Of a DNA stretch of 64,000 bases, positions 27,600 to 41,278 are shown one piece after another. The translations under genes and the position numbers were made by a program. Under the pieces are notes generated by a model. That model did no database searches. It was given only the letters and a program-made list of their open reading frames with translations, and was not told where the DNA came from. The number at the start of each line of letters is the position of its first letter. Positions within the stretch are counted from its first letter, which is position 1. Origin of the DNA: Dictyostelium discoideum (Eukaryota); NCBI GenBank assembly GCA_000004695.1, contig CM000154.2:320001-384000 (forward strand), written 5' to 3'.

Positions 27600-29170
27600 T
27601 ATATAAAAATATAATCAATTTATTAAAGCACAACAATTATCATCAACATCATCAGGTGGTGGTTTAAATTCAGGTCAATTAAATAATAGTTTTTTAGGTG
27701 GTACAGGTAGTATTAATAAATCATTTGAAGAAATTGAAAGAGAAAGAATTAATCAAAATTAAAATTTTAAAGGTAGATTACAATCAAATTTAACAGATTT
27801 TAGTTTTGAATTTAATGGTAATGATAGTATTTTAAAATAACAACAAGAGAAAGAACAACAAGAGCAAGATGATGGTGGATATAATAGACAAAGTTTAATA
27901 AATGAAAATCAATCAACAATGTCATCATTAAATAATACAAATGAACCAATTATTAATACAGGTGATGTTAAAGTAAATTCACAAAAAGTTAAAACATTTG
28001 AACAAACTGTATCTGGTAAAGTTGAATTATTGAAATTTATTAGAGATAAGAATTTTTATGCAATTTCAAGTTGTGCTACAAAATGTAAACGTTGGTTTAC
28101 AATTAATATTTTATCACAATTGGTTGAACCCGCACAATTATTTTTATAATTAGCTAAAGAAGATGATCAACAACAACAACAACAACAACTTCAAGAAGAA
28201 TTATCAAAACCATTTACAAAACAACAATATGATAATATGATGAATGGCACACTGTTGGAATTCTTGAATTATCTCGTGATAAACATGTTTTCCTCGATTT
28301 TAATAAAGGTGGTCAAGGTTGGATTGCAAATGAATTACCAACTGATGAACAATTATTATTTTGATTATTCGTTGCTTACATGGATTATAAATTATATAGA
28401 GATGTTACTGCTCCAAATCCAGATATACCATTTTCTTCAAAATATATTAAACATGAAGATAGTAAATGTAAGTTATATAATACCCTATACATACCATATA
28501 CATACTATATACTAACTTTTTTCATTCATTTTATAGTTATTAATCTCAATATTCAATAATGATTAGTATTGCATATAAAAGACCATTACATTGACAAAAT
28601 AATGTAATTTGGGATATTTCACCTGGTTTTGATAATTTATTTTTCTCTATTGTTTTATTCTTTTATAATGTAATTCAAAATCAAAATGGTTCATCATTTT
28701 ATATGATAATCATAAGAATTTCAAATTGGTGGTAATTGAAGAGTTTCTTAAAAACTATTCAAATTTATTTAAAAATAGAGATCAAGTTTCCACCGATATC
28801 TCTTTGAAAATGTCAAGTCTCTATTTGGGTAATAGTTTAATTTCAAAGTTTTGTACCGACTATTCAAAATATAATTACTTGGAATTGGTATTACGTGCTC
28901 ATAAGAATTACTATGTACCATTGTTATTACCATTCTATAAAACTTCAAATCCAAAGGATATCAAAAAGGATGTTATGTTACAAACTGATCTTGAAAATTT
29001 CCCAAGATTAATGAAATCCGCGAATATTGTAAAATACTTTGTAACCGATGAAGAGAAAATGGATTTATTCTTTGAATTGGCAGGTTCTTATCATAAATTT
29101 ACAACCTTGGAATATATTGACCCATCAATTTCAACTTGTAAATTCAGTAGAATAAAAATTAAATAGTTTT
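27600..29170 (+). pseudogene. Probable decayed gene: one long reading frame carrying three in-frame TAA codons plus at least two frameshifts and an intron-like GTAAGT...TAG element
   Basis: Frame from about 27640: ...GGGLNSGQLNNSFLGGTGSINKSFEEIERERINQN*NFKGRLQSNLTDFSFEFNGNDSILK*QQEKEQQEQDDGGYNRQSLINENQSTMSSLNNTNEPIINTGDVKVNSQKVKTFEQTVSGKVELLKFIRDKNFYAISSCATKCKRWFTINILSQLVEPAQLFL*LAKEDDQQQQQQQLQEELSKPF. All three stops are TAA sitting where a CAA (Gln) codon would be expected from context. Downstream, real-looking peptide continues only after frame changes: WHTVGILELSRDKHVFLDFNKGGQGWIANELPTDEQLLF, then LFVAYMDYKLYRDVTAPNPDIPFSSKYIKHEDSK, then a GTAAGT at about 28477 to an AG at about 28545 that does not restore any open frame, then ORF 28726..29166 whose M is an artefact TTG. 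A degenerate F-box-like motif (ELLKFI...CATKCKRWFTI) is present. Confidence 0.4.
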
Positions 29171-29685
29171 TACCTTTTTTTATTTTTCCGACAATTGTTT
29201 TTATTTTTCAATTTTATTTTATTTTTTTACGATTTTTCTTTTTTTTTAAAATTTTGGTAAAAAAATAAACGTTTACCAAAATATTGAAAAAATAAAAAAA
29301 AAAATAATGAAAAAAATCTCTATCCATGGACTATCGCCAACAATTAATATGAGATTAAAAAAAAAAAAAATTTAGTTGGTTATATTTTTATTTTTTTTTT
29401 TCTAATTTTCGAATGAGACCATAACAACTATTAAATTCAAAAAAATATTTGTAATAGCTATTTGATAAAGATTTTAAAAAGATACTCCAGAGTATCCAAG
29501 TCAGTATTCTTTTCCCTGAGAAACTTATTGAGGAGATAAAACAGGTATGGGTTCTATGATTATCATTAAAACAGCTAAAAAATTTGGTGCGTTGAGTGTG
29601 CCCAAAACTTTCTCAAAGTTTGTTCCTAACTGTTGATATAACTTTTAAGATTAATATAGGTTTTGGCTTACTTAATTTTATTATT

Positions 29686-29724
<39 letters not shown>

Positions 29725-29944
29725 CATTTACAATCTTTCTTGAAAAAAAAAGTCTTAGAAGACGATATTCAATAAAATTATCTTCTTAAAACATTTTTTT
29801 TATTTTGTTTATTTCTGAAATTTACCAAATACAATTAATTAAATAAACAAATAACCAATTAATCTTTTTTAAAATAACAATTTTATTATTATTTTTTTAA
29901 TTTTTTTTTTTTTTATTTGATTTGAGATTTAAAAATTTTTTATT

Positions 29945-31613
29945 TTATTTTTCAAACATAATTAAACCCTTTTCATATAAAGCTGAAACTACATCTAATT
30001 TTTGATCATCATCTTCAATTGGTAAATCTTTAGTATAGATATAGGAAGGATAGGAATCGATGATATGTTCTAAAGCATCTACACATTCAAGAGTGAATTC
30101 AACGACACCTGGTTCCTCGCCAACTTGATGATAGATACGAGTGTTATCGGCATTATGGAAGAGGATGGCAATATCTTCGACAACCAATCTGACAGAGTCG
30201 GCTCTAATTAAACGGAATCTAGTTTCAGGTTTGATTTTCATTGAGGTTGTTTCATCTTCAATGGAATGTTTCTTTTCTAATTGAGTTAAAACTGGTGGTA
30301 AAGAATCTAATAAATATTTAACAGCCATTTGATCGGCACCGATATCAATTGGTAATAGTTGGCCCAACTTGTCCCAAAGTGTTCCAACCTTGTCTGTCAA
30401 CTCCTTTCTTCTCTCATCACCAACTTTATCACTATGAATCACACCCAAGTATTGAGTATAATCTCTTGGTAAACCTTCTCTAAACTCTAAGCATTCCTCA
30501 TTTGCAATCTCCAATGCTCTATTCAAAACCTTTCCAATTAAATCACCCCATGTATTATTTAAATAAGTTGAAACTGTGATATGAAGTGAATGTACATCCG
30601 ATGGTGATACAGCTTGATGAATCACACCTCTTGGAAAGTATAATAAATCACCTGCCTCTAAAGTCACTGTGAAATATGGTTCACCAATCTCTTCTTGTGT
30701 GAAATTTTCACTTGATTTCTTTGGTAAAACTTCATTTGCATCTCTTGGTTTATATAATCTCCATTCTTTTTTACCCTCCAATTGAAGAATAAATACATCA
30801 ACATCATCATAATGTGGTGCAAATCCTTGTGCTCCTGCTGGTGTTAAATAAATATTTGCACCAACTCCACATTGAAAATGAGTTTGTAATGTACTACATA
30901 ATTTCCAAACATTTGAATTAAATGTTTGTGGATTTAATAATCTAACTGAACAACCTTCCTGGGGGGAAAAATAAAAAAAATAAAAAAATAAAAATAAAAA
31001 AATAATAATTAATTTAAATTTCTTTTGTGTGTGTGTGAGTGTGTGAGTGTGTGATAATTTTTTTAGAAAATTAAATATTTACTTTATAATGTTTCCAAAC
31101 TAATGATGGATAAGCTCTACCTTCTGGATTTAAAGTAATTCTTTGGAAATCGACATAATTTGTGACATCAACATTTTCTGTGAATTTCATTAAATTATTT
31201 CTCAACATTTTATCTAAAGAATCTTTAGTGAAAAAGTTTTTATAAATGTTGTCCCCATTTCTTTTAACGTATAGATGTTTTTGACCAAAGTATTGGTCAT
31301 AGAAATCTTCAATGATAGTTGGTGAAATTAGACCTGCTAAAACACCATCAGCTTCAACACGTTGATCTGCAACTGATAATTCATTACTACCAATATCGTT
31401 GATATTGATTTCACGAATTTCAGTTTTCTTTTTTGGTACTAATTTGGTTGGTCTTAATGGTTGACTTGATACTTGGGGTACTGATTTAGTTAATGGAACT
31501 GGTTTACTCTTTTTTACAACTTTCTTCTTTTTTTTCTTTCCATTATTATTATTATTTACTCCAACTTCCTCTTCTGACATTTCTTCAATTTCTTCTTCTA
31601 ATCCTCTTTTCAT
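29945..31613 (-). CDS. JmjC-domain ribosomal oxygenase (NO66/MINA53-like histidyl hydroxylase), 2 exons: join(complement 31083..31613, 29945..30958)
   Basis: Exon 1 MKRGLEEEIEEMSEEEVGVNNNNNGKKKKKK...FYDQYFGQKHLYVKRNGDNIYKNFFTKDSLDKMLRNN...LVWKHYK ends at a GTAAAT donor (31081-31082). A 122-nt intron runs to acceptor CCCCCCAG (30959-30960). Exon 2 EGCSVRLLNPQTFNSNVWKLCSTLQTHFQCGVGANIYLTPAGAQGFAPHYDDVDVFILQLEGKKEWRLYKP...GDLLYFPRGVIHQA is the JmjC double-stranded beta-helix with HxD...H Fe(II) ligands (compare NO66 GDLLYFPRGFIHQA), followed by a C-terminal winged-helix region. ORF-track 29945..30781 begins at an artefact TTG inside this exon. Confidence 0.8.
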
Positions 31614-32345
31614 TTTTTTATTTTTTATTTTTTATTTATATATTTATTGTGAAATCTTTTAAAAGATTAGGAAAAAAAAAAAAAAAAAAAAAACGAAAAA
31701 AAAATGAAAAAATAAAAATTAAAATAAATTAAAATAAAAAAAAAAAAAAAAAAAATCAAAATTAAAAAAAAAAAAAAAAAACGATAGTGACGGGAGTTTT
31801 CAAAAATTTCAATCATTTTTAAAAAATCAAGATCTATTAACAATTTCAGGTATAGAAATTTAAATAATCTTAAAATGGTATTTTTGGTGACTAAAAAAAT
31901 TTAAAATAAAAAAAAAAATAAAATAAAATAAAATAAAAATTAAAACTATAATAATAATTATGGTTCAAAAAAAAAAATTTTGTTTTTTTATTATTAAAAT
32001 AAAATTGTTAAAATCAAATTGTATCATTGTTTTGTTTATTTATTTATTTTTTTTTTTTAATCGCCCCCATATAAATAAATTTTTAAATATTTTAATTTTT
32101 TCTTTTTTTTATTTTTTATAAATTAGGAATAGTTTGTTTTAGGAGATATTGAAAAAAAAAAAAAAAAAATTTGTAAATAAAGTAGATTACACTTTTAAAA
32201 TAAGATCCTTTGTTAGTTTTTTTTTTTTTTTTTTAATCACATGTCATTATTAATATTTTTTTTATTTTTTGGCCAGACAAATTGAAATTGAAAAGACGAA
32301 AAAAAAAAAGATATTTAAAATAAAAAATTAAAAAAAATGAAATTT

Positions 32346-32386
<41 letters not shown>

Positions 32387-32516
32387 TTTTTATTTTTTAA
32401 ACACACTTTTTTTTTTTTTTTTTTTATTTTTTATTTTTTATTTTTTAAACACATAAACATATAAAAATAATTAATATTTATATCTATATAAGAGATATAG
32501 TAAAATAAATTAAACA

Positions 32517-34132
32517 ATGCAAGATAACGTATCACAAAGAAAATGGAATGTTGAATCATCAAAATCTGCAAACAATGCATTTAACCCAATTAGAAGAATT
32601 GTTGATAAGGGTGGATTTAAACCAAACCCAAATAAATCCACTATTTCATTATCAATTGGTGATCCATGTGTTTTTGGTAATTTAAATATTTTAGATTATG
32701 CAAATGATTTATTAATTGAAAATATTAAATCAAGTAAATTTAATGGTTATCCACCTTCAACAGTATGTTAAAAAAATAAAATAAAATAATAAAAAATAAT
32801 AATAATTAAAAATAATAACACACAACAAATCCAAAATGTGAGAATTTTTATATGGCAAAAAAAAAAAAAGAATTTGCTTTTATGCCAATGTTTTAAACAA
32901 TTAAAACCAGTTTCCACCAAAAAATAAAATTAAAAATAAATATTTAAACAGTGTTTCTAAATTGTGGTATTTTGTTAAAATAAAAAAAAATAAAAAAATT
33001 AATCAGTTTAACAAAATGCCACAATTTGAATTTGTTGCACAATGACACTAACCATTTTTTTTTTTTTTTTTGAAACGTTGTTTTTTTTTTTTTTTTATTT
33101 TTTTTATTTTTTTGAAAAAAATAGGGATACGAAATTGCAAGAGAAGCAGTAGCAAAATATGTTGAAACACCAACATCAAAATTAACATCAAAAGATATCA
33201 TAGTTGCATCAGGAGCATCAGGTGCAATTGAATTAGCAATTGGAGTACTTTTAAATGAAGGTGATAATATTTTAGTTCCAAAACCAGGTTTCCCATTGTA
33301 TGAATGTACAAGTAAAACCAAATTTATTAATGTCAAACATTATAATTTATTGGAGAAACAAGGGTTTAATGTTGATTTAGAGCATTTGAGATCATTAATC
33401 GATGATAAAACCAAAGCAATCTTGGTTAATAATCCATCAAATCCATGTGGTATTGTTTATAGTAAGCAACATTTACTCGATATTATCCAAGTTGCAAGAG
33501 AATATTGTTTACCAATTATCGCCGATGAAATTTATAGTGACTTGACATTTGGTGAACATAAATTCTATCCAATGGCATCATTAACTGATAAAGTACCAAT
33601 CTTGTCAATTGGTGGTATTGCAAAGAGATTTTTAGTGCCAGGTTGGAGATTGGGTTGGGTTGCAATTCATGATCGTGATAATATTTTCTCAAATGGTAGA
33701 ATCATTGAAGGTTTGATATCTTTATCTCAAGTGATTTTAGGTCCAAATTCATTGGTTCAATCAATTTTACCAAAACTTTTAGATCCACAAAATACTCAAG
33801 TTAAAGAATGGTGTTCAACAATCACTAAAACTTTGGAATCTCATTCAAAATTAACCGTTGATATGTTATCAAAAGCTAATGGTTTAAAACCTGTTTGTTC
33901 CTCTGGTACAATGTATCAAATGATTGAAATCGATTGTTCAAAATATGAAGACATCGCTGATGATAATGAATTTGTTGGTAAATTACTCGAAGAACAATCT
34001 GTTTTCCTTTTACAAGGTACCGTTTTTTCACTTCCAAATTTCTTTAGAATTGTTTTTTGTGCTCCAATTGATAAATTAACTGAAGCTTATGAAAGAATTA
34101 TTGAATTTTGTGAAACTCATAAAAAGAAATAA
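32517..34132 (+). CDS. tat: Tyrosine aminotransferase (PLP-dependent, class I), 2 exons: join(32517..32762, 33125..34132)
   Basis: Exon 1 [82 protein letters not shown] (compare human TAT [34 protein letters not shown]...KYNGYAPS). A GTATGT donor at 32763 and a 362-nt intron full of poly-T end ATAG at 33124. Exon 2 begins immediately after an in-frame stop with GYEIAREAVAKYVETP...ILVPKPGFPLYE...LVNNPSNPCGIVYSKQHL...SIGGIAKRFLVPGWRLGW (PLP lysine region, matches human SCGGLAKRWLVPGWRLGW). The spliced product is about 417 aa. ORF-track 33296 M is an artefact TTG. ORF 32944..33336(-) lies in the intron and is spurious. Confidence 0.85.
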
Positions 34133-34335
34133 AAAAAATAAAAAAAAAGGTAATAATAAAATATAAATAATAATATTAAAATTGTTTTTTTTTCTTTTTT
34201 TTTTTTTTTTTTTTAATTAAAACTTATTATTTATTTTTTTTTTTTTTTTTATTTTTTTTTTTTTTTTCCAAAAAGTGTTTAAAAAAAGTTGTCATTTTTT
34301 TTTTAATATATACATATATATAAAAAAATGAATAT

Positions 34336-37300
34336 TTAATTTTTAGTAATTGATAATTGATAAGGTGAAGCTAAAATTGTTGCAATTGACCAAGCTTGAG
34401 AATCACAACTATCTTTACAAAAACTACCTTCACGATTAGTTAACTCTGGTAATGAGAAACGTTTATCATTTTGAATGTAAAGTTTATGTTTAATTAATAA
34501 TGAATTGATTAAATGATTCTTTGTTGAAATCGAAGGGAACTGTTTAAATTGTACAATTGATTCCAAAAAGAAACCATAACACCAAACCCATTCAGGACCA
34601 TTATGATAATTGAAACCTCTTGATGTTGGTTTATAACCAGAATCTGATGAATTATCATAGTTACCATGATAATTTGGATCATTTGGATCAAGAGTTTTCA
34701 TACCGATTGGACCAACCAATGAATTTCTAATGATATCAATACATTTATTTGCATGTTGATCATTGAATAACTTTGGTGCAAATGACATTGCAACACAAAT
34801 ATTTGGTCTTAATTGGTAATCAGAGAAAACGTTTGCACTACCAACTACATCTTTATAAATGAATCTACGATGAACGTAATTTGAATTGATAATATATTTC
34901 TTATCATCACCGCTTGATGGAACATAATAATATTTTTCAAAATTTGTTTCAATTAATTTTGACCAATCTTGATAAGTTAAAATATCAGTTTTGCTATTAT
35001 TATTATTATTATTATCGTTATTATCTTTTGATTTTAAAATTTCAACACCGCCGTGTTTAAATTTATCAAGTTTATATAAATCAGAGATCCAAGATAATGT
35101 TGAATAAAGCATTGCAGTGATTTCAATCGGGGCTCCATCACGGGGTGTTGCAGGTTCACCATAGTTGTTTGCTTTTGTTGATTCACCCATTTTATCCATC
35201 CAAGTACCACAATTACTACGATTACCACCATAAAGGAAACCATTAGTTAAATTTAGATCAATGCTAATATTGAAACCTTCATCTCTCATTCTATCATCAA
35301 TTTCTCTACCTGCATTTGGTTCACGGAAATGAATACCACTTGCATGAGCTTGTAAAATCTCTTGAATGATCTCTGCGATTGTAGAGATTGGCGAAATGTA
35401 ATTTGTGGGTGGGAATAAACGATAGACTTTAGTTTGATTTAAAAATTGATCTTTCTCTTTCTCTGTTGGTAAACAATTGTAAGTATCTTGAATTGAACGT
35501 AAATACCACCAAACGGAATCCCTTGAATTGAATCTTGGTTTGGTACCACAATCTAAAAGATTTGGAATTAAACCAAATCTTAAACAACTACCAAATCCAA
35601 CGATGATATTAATTGCTTCACGATAACGATTGGTCACTAAAAGGATACCACGTAGGGATATGAAAGTATCTCTACCCCAGGATCTCATATAACCAGTTGC
35701 AAAATGTGGGAAACCAGCAGCAAGTGAAGCTTCTCTATCTTTAACACCTTCTAATACATTTGGATTTGAAATTAATGGTGTTGAAACACCAAAGAATTGT
35801 ATACTCGTGAGAGCCAATGCACGTGAAAACCAAGAATCACTCTCCTTTACGAATGAATTACCCATCTTTTCAATGGATTTATTTGTGGCGAAACGATAGG
35901 TTGTCATAATGATTTGATAGAAATACATTGGTATTAAATGTCTTGGTAATTGTTTCAATTGATCAAAACATTGAGTTAACCATTGTTTCACTGATTTCAA
36001 GGCTACTCTTTGATCCAATCTATTGACGATATAATCGATTGCCCAATTGCCTTTTCTAAGATTCCCACATAATTGATTACCCAAATCATTATGCTTTGCA
36101 ATTTGATTTAATTCAGTTACGAAACCTTGTAAACCACAGAATGATAATTCACCAACTGGATTTTGGACATGATAAGCACCATGACCAATGACTTGTTTCT
36201 CCTCTTCATTGATTCTGAATAATAGTACATTCATATCAATTAAATCAACATTGTCAAATGATTTACAGAGTTGATTATTTTCATCCAAAATCAATTGTTC
36301 AATCTTTCTAATGGATTCTATATTTGGTTTTGGAATTTCACCTCTAAAGAATAAAATGGAACCAGCTTTAAAGTTATTTAATTTCAACGTTGTACAAAGT
36401 GCACCATTCTCATTGTTATATTCATGAATTTGACAAAATTGATTTAAAACTTTATCATGATAATGAATTTCACAATCTACTTCAATACCATTCAATTTGG
36501 TTGTATTTGTATTCCAATCATTTCTATTGATATGGGTATTGGTAATCTTTGCACCAAATAAAAATTGTGAAATTTTACAAGGTACATGTAATTCTTTATC
36601 ATTATCTTGCTGTTGTTGTTGTTGTTGATTTGAGAATGAACAATGAGCAACCATAAATATTGATTCATTTAATTTTGGTGAATATCTTTGAATGAAAATT
36701 AAATTACCATCTTGATGAATATGAATTTCATCAAAACCATTACATGATAGTTCCAAGTGTATCTTTGATAATAATGATCTAATTGGTAGAATACCACTTG
36801 AAAGATTAACATTGGTATTGTAAACTCTAGTTTCATTTACTAGATCAATTGTTTTTGGGAAGATTTCATCATAACCTCTAGTGGAACCAATGGCACAAGC
36901 TGACATTGCAACGATTGCAGCATTTGATAATGTATCGGCTATGGTTCTCTTTTGGTGGGGTGTTTCATTATCATGAGTACAATCCATAAATAGTGCAGGT
37001 GGTAAACTTGGTTTTAATGATTTTGAAGCATAATCATTTGGTGATATTATTCCACCACCAAGATTTCTTGAACAACAACCATTTAAATATTCACCTATTG
37101 GTGGTTCTTGAATGCTACCAATTGGTCTACCACCATAACGATAGAGTACTCTTGTAAATTCTGAAGAATCGCCACATTGCATAGCTTCACGAATTAGAGA
37201 ATTTATACCTAATTTCTTTACGAAAAAGTAATCAATCTCTTCAGAACCAGTGAATAGTTCACACGTTATGTAGATGTCTGGACGAATTTCTCTGGCAGCA

Positions 37301-38882
37301 TCTAAAAGGTATTGAGCTAAATGAATTGGAGTTGAATGACAATTATCAATTCTAATTGCATGGAAAATACGAGCCATATTTTGAGTGTAAGTTTTCATAT
37401 GATTCCAAAGCCATTGGTTATCTGATGGTGATTGACCATAACGCATTTTCACACAATCACCCCAAACAATGACATCACGTCTAAGGTAGGCACGTGATTC
37501 ACTACTTGCGAAATCCACTGTTGGATTATGATTAAATATCCAACCATTATTTGCCAATGGAATTTCACGAATACTACTATTATTTGGATCACGGTATTGT
37601 ACTATTGTAAAGTATGATGTCAACAATGGTTTACTCTTTGTAATCTTTCCAAGTTTTGGACCATGATCACTAACACGTTCATATTTAATTCTTTCGAAAA
37701 TATTCTTTAAAATTGCCTCGGTATCATGATCGAAATCTTTATAAATCTCTAAATTTACAATTGATAGTATATCACGATACTTTTGAATTTGTTCCTCTGG
37801 TGATGAATTATTTGAAAAGGTTACTGAAGTATCCAAAACCTTATAAGTGTAATCCAAATTGATATGAAGCGAATAACGCTCATAGGATGGAGCACGAATT
37901 ATACCATTCTTTGAGATTGATTTGATTTGTTCATGTTTCTCATGATTTGGATTGGAGATGATATTCTTTAAAAATGATGGTGAAAATGTTGAGCATGATG
38001 ATGGAATTTGCTCCTTAACTCTACCCGATGAGAAAAAAGTGTTTTTAAATATTTCAACCTCCTTTTCGATATCCAACACATAATATTCCCAAAGTTTCAA
38101 TGGTGGTAATACTTTGGTTTTAACATCATTGATTACATCATTCAATTGATCGATGTTGTTTATCTCTTTACCATACAATGTTTTGCCATAGTCTTGTAAT
38201 GCTTGATCCAATTGAACTGCGGATTTCAAATGTGGTGAGTTATCAGTATTGTAACCAGCTTCTGGATGTTGATTTAACCATGCTGAATTATTTGCTGTAT
38301 GATTCCAAACCAAATCAATCATACCCAATACACCATACTTTTTCTCTGCATCACTAATGAATGATGACAATGCCAATAGTTTCTCATCTTCATTGATGAT
38401 TTTCCTATTCATCCCACCCTCGAATATCTTTGAAGAGATTGATTGTTGATCATAGATACTATAGGATGAACCACTTTCACCAATCTCTTGAACTGGTGTA
38501 TAATGAATCATATTGAAACCAAGTTTTGATGCTGTCTCAATATGTTTCTCCCATTGATCAATTGATCCCATACATTTGGTAAGGAATGTTTGTAAACAAA
38601 TTGACTCACTTGGTATCACTTGTTGATTAATCTTTAACATTGGATTAATTTGAAATGTTCCAATTTGACCACATTTTACATTTTTACTTGCAACTTCTTC
38701 CCATTCAACATAATAATCAAAACAACCATATTTTTCAATCTTTTGTTCAAATATTAAATCATTATTACCATTATATCCTATAATATTACTATAAAAATTT
38801 ATAAATTTTTTACAAAAAAAAAAATTAAAAAATTAGAAAATTGATTGGAAATTTTTAAAATAAATATAAAAATAAAAAAATA

Positions 38883-38931
<49 letters not shown>

Positions 38932-39323
38932 TATCTTATCGGTAATTACCCTTTATGGAAAATATAAAATTTATCACGTTGAAATGATGAAGTTGGATCG
39001 GTACCATGATGATAATTTGTATAAATTTGTGGATTATATGATGCAACTTCAAGACCTGCTGGTATAATAATTCTTAAAGTACCTAATGATGGTAATACTA
39101 ATCCTTTTGCATTGAAAGGTGGTTCTGATCCATTTCCGACCAATGTAATTGTATAGATATCTTGATTTATATTACTATTATTATTTTTAGTTTCAGTACT
39201 GGTATTTGTTGAAATATTGACACAATGATCTTTAATTCTAATCTTTTCAGAAAATGAATCAATTAACTTTGTATATTCAACACCACAATTACCAGATTCT
39301 GAATTATTATTTGAAATCCTCAT
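34336..39323 (-). CDS. agl: Glycogen debranching enzyme (4-alpha-glucanotransferase / amylo-alpha-1,6-glucosidase), 2 exons: join(complement 38950..39323, 34336..38788)
   Basis: Exon 1 MRISNNNSESGNCGVEYTKLIDSFSEKIRIKDHCVNISTNTST...YTITLVGNGSEPPFNAKGLVLPSLGTLRIIIPAGLEVASYNPQIYTNYHHGTDPTSSFQRDKFYIFHK ends at a GTAATT donor (38948-38949). A 161-nt intron ends TTTTTATAG (acceptor 38789-38790). Exon 2 ...GCFDYYVEWEEVASKNVKCGQIGTFQINPMLKINQQVIPSESICLQTFLTKCMGSIDQWEKHIETASKLGFNMIHYTPVQEIGESGSSYSIYDQ matches the human AGL N-terminal transferase region ([22 protein letters not shown]...GYNMIHFTPLQTLG). The 1434-codon body covers the glucanotransferase and C-terminal glucosidase (GDE_C) domains. About 1608 aa in total. 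Confidence 0.85.
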
Positions 39324-40365
39324 ATGATTTTTTTATAATTTATTTTCTATTATTTAAATTTATTTTTATAATAGGTTTTTTTTTTTTTCCTTTTTTTTTT
39401 TTTTATTTCTGTAAACTTTTTTTTATTTTTTTTTTTATTATTATTATAATATTACTATTTTTAATGGTATGCAAAAACAAATGTGTGTTTTTATTTTTTA
39501 TTTTTTTATTTTTTATTTTTTTTTTTTTTTTTTTTTTTTTGTTTTTTGATTATAATGAAGAGAAAAAAAAAAAAAGCAATAATATTATTAAAAAATAATA
39601 ACTGATAAAAGGGTATGGGGGGGTTATGTGTGGTGTGAGTGTGCTACTATAAATATTGTTATTGTAATTGATTTATTAAAAAAAAGAAAAAAAAAAAAAA
39701 ACAACAGAAAAAAAAAAAAAGAAACACCAAAAAAAGTGGTGTGGTATTAATAAATTACAAACAAATTTATTTGTATATCACAATAAATATGCAAAATTAA
39801 TATATTTTCATTTGTGAAAAAAAAAAAAATAAAAAAAAAAAAAAAAAAAATGAAAATTAAAAAATTAAAAAAATCATAAAAATATTGTGGGGCGATAAGT
39901 GTGTTTTTTTTTTTTTTCCAACCCCCCAAACTCTCTTTTCATCTGGGTGAAAATCATATTACCATTTTCATCCACACTTTAATTTCATTTTTTTTTTTTT
40001 TTTATAATTATAAATATAATATATTTTAACATATCAATTTTGGTGGTATTATAATTATTATTATTATTGTTTTTATTATTATTTTTATTATTATTATTTT
40101 ATTTATATTTATATATTTGCATTTCCAATACTACAAACCTAAAAAATAAAAAATAAAGAATTAACAATAAAAATAAACGAATTTTAAAAATAAAAATAAA
40201 TAATTATAAATTCTTTTAAACCAAAATTTTAGTTTCCTTATTTGAAATAAATTAATAATTATTTTACAATTGAATTTGCGTATTTTTTTTTTTTTTTGTA
40301 TATTTATTATGATTTTTTTTATTTGTTTGTTTGTTTTGTTGATTGTTGCTACACTAATGAATTAT

Positions 40366-40944
40366 TTAATCATCTTCATCATCATCTTCTGGATCAAATA
40401 CTTTTGGCATTAAATAAGCTAAAGTATCTGCAATAATAGTACGTTCACTATAAATTAAAATTTTAAATGTTAATAATTAAAGATAGAGTGTTACACATAT
40501 GTGTTTTTTTTTTTTTTTTTTTTTTTTAATTTGATTATTGATTGAATTTATATATTTTGATATCATACCGTGGTAAATCATTTGTAAATAATCTTGGAAG
40601 ACAGTGTTGTAATAATTTGACAGCTGGGTGAATTTTATCAACAGGATCTGGTAAGTTATTTGATGCTTCACAACATTGACTTAAATCTTCGAATGCATCT
40701 TTACACTCTTTTTTATTAAAATTATTTTTGTTTGCTAATAATCTATTTATAGATATGTATATATACGTAATAAGAGGAAGTTGAAGTATTAATATTTAAT
40801 AATGAATGATTTTTTTTTTTTTTTTTTTATATTTAAATAAAATAAATACACATTAAAGAATTTATTTGATTTTTCTTCACAATGTTTTATATTTTTTGGT
40901 GTAAATATTATTTCATTATCATTATCTTTATTGTCATCTGCCAT
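40366..40944 (-). CDS. Small acidic-C-terminus protein with CX9C motif (~117 aa), 3 exons (approximately complement 40850..40944, 40569..40741, 40366..40447)
   Basis: Minus-strand ATG at 40942-40944: [32 protein letters not shown] then a GTATTT donor. Acceptor ATAG, then [58 protein letters not shown] then a GTATGA donor. Acceptor TTTATAG, then [26 protein letters not shown]. Only this phase combination avoids stops. The first donor is non-consensus and boundaries are +/-2 nt. ORF-track 40477..40671(-) is read-through of intron 2 in another frame. Confidence 0.4.
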
Positions 40945-41245
40945 GATTTTTTATTATATTCGTTTTGTTTTATTAAAAAAACTTTTTTTTTTTTTTTTTT
41001 TAACAATACAATTATATTAAAATTTTATAAAATGGGAATGGTTCAAATCAACCAAATTTTATTTGAAAAAAAAAAATCAAAAAAAAAAATCAAAAAAAAA
41101 AAAAAAAATTAAAAAAAAAAAATCAAAAAAAATCAAAAAAAAATCAGTCATTTTGTAATCAAAATAATAATTTTATTTTTATTTTTATTTTTGTAATCAA
41201 TTATTTATTTATTAGTTTTTGTATTTTTATTTGTAAATATTTAGG

Positions 41246-41276
<31 letters not shown>

Positions 41277-41278
41277 AA

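Noticed and set aside
32944-33336. 130-aa minus-strand ORF
   Set aside because: It lies within the tyrosine aminotransferase intron and exon 2 on the opposite strand. It is K-rich read-through of poly(T).
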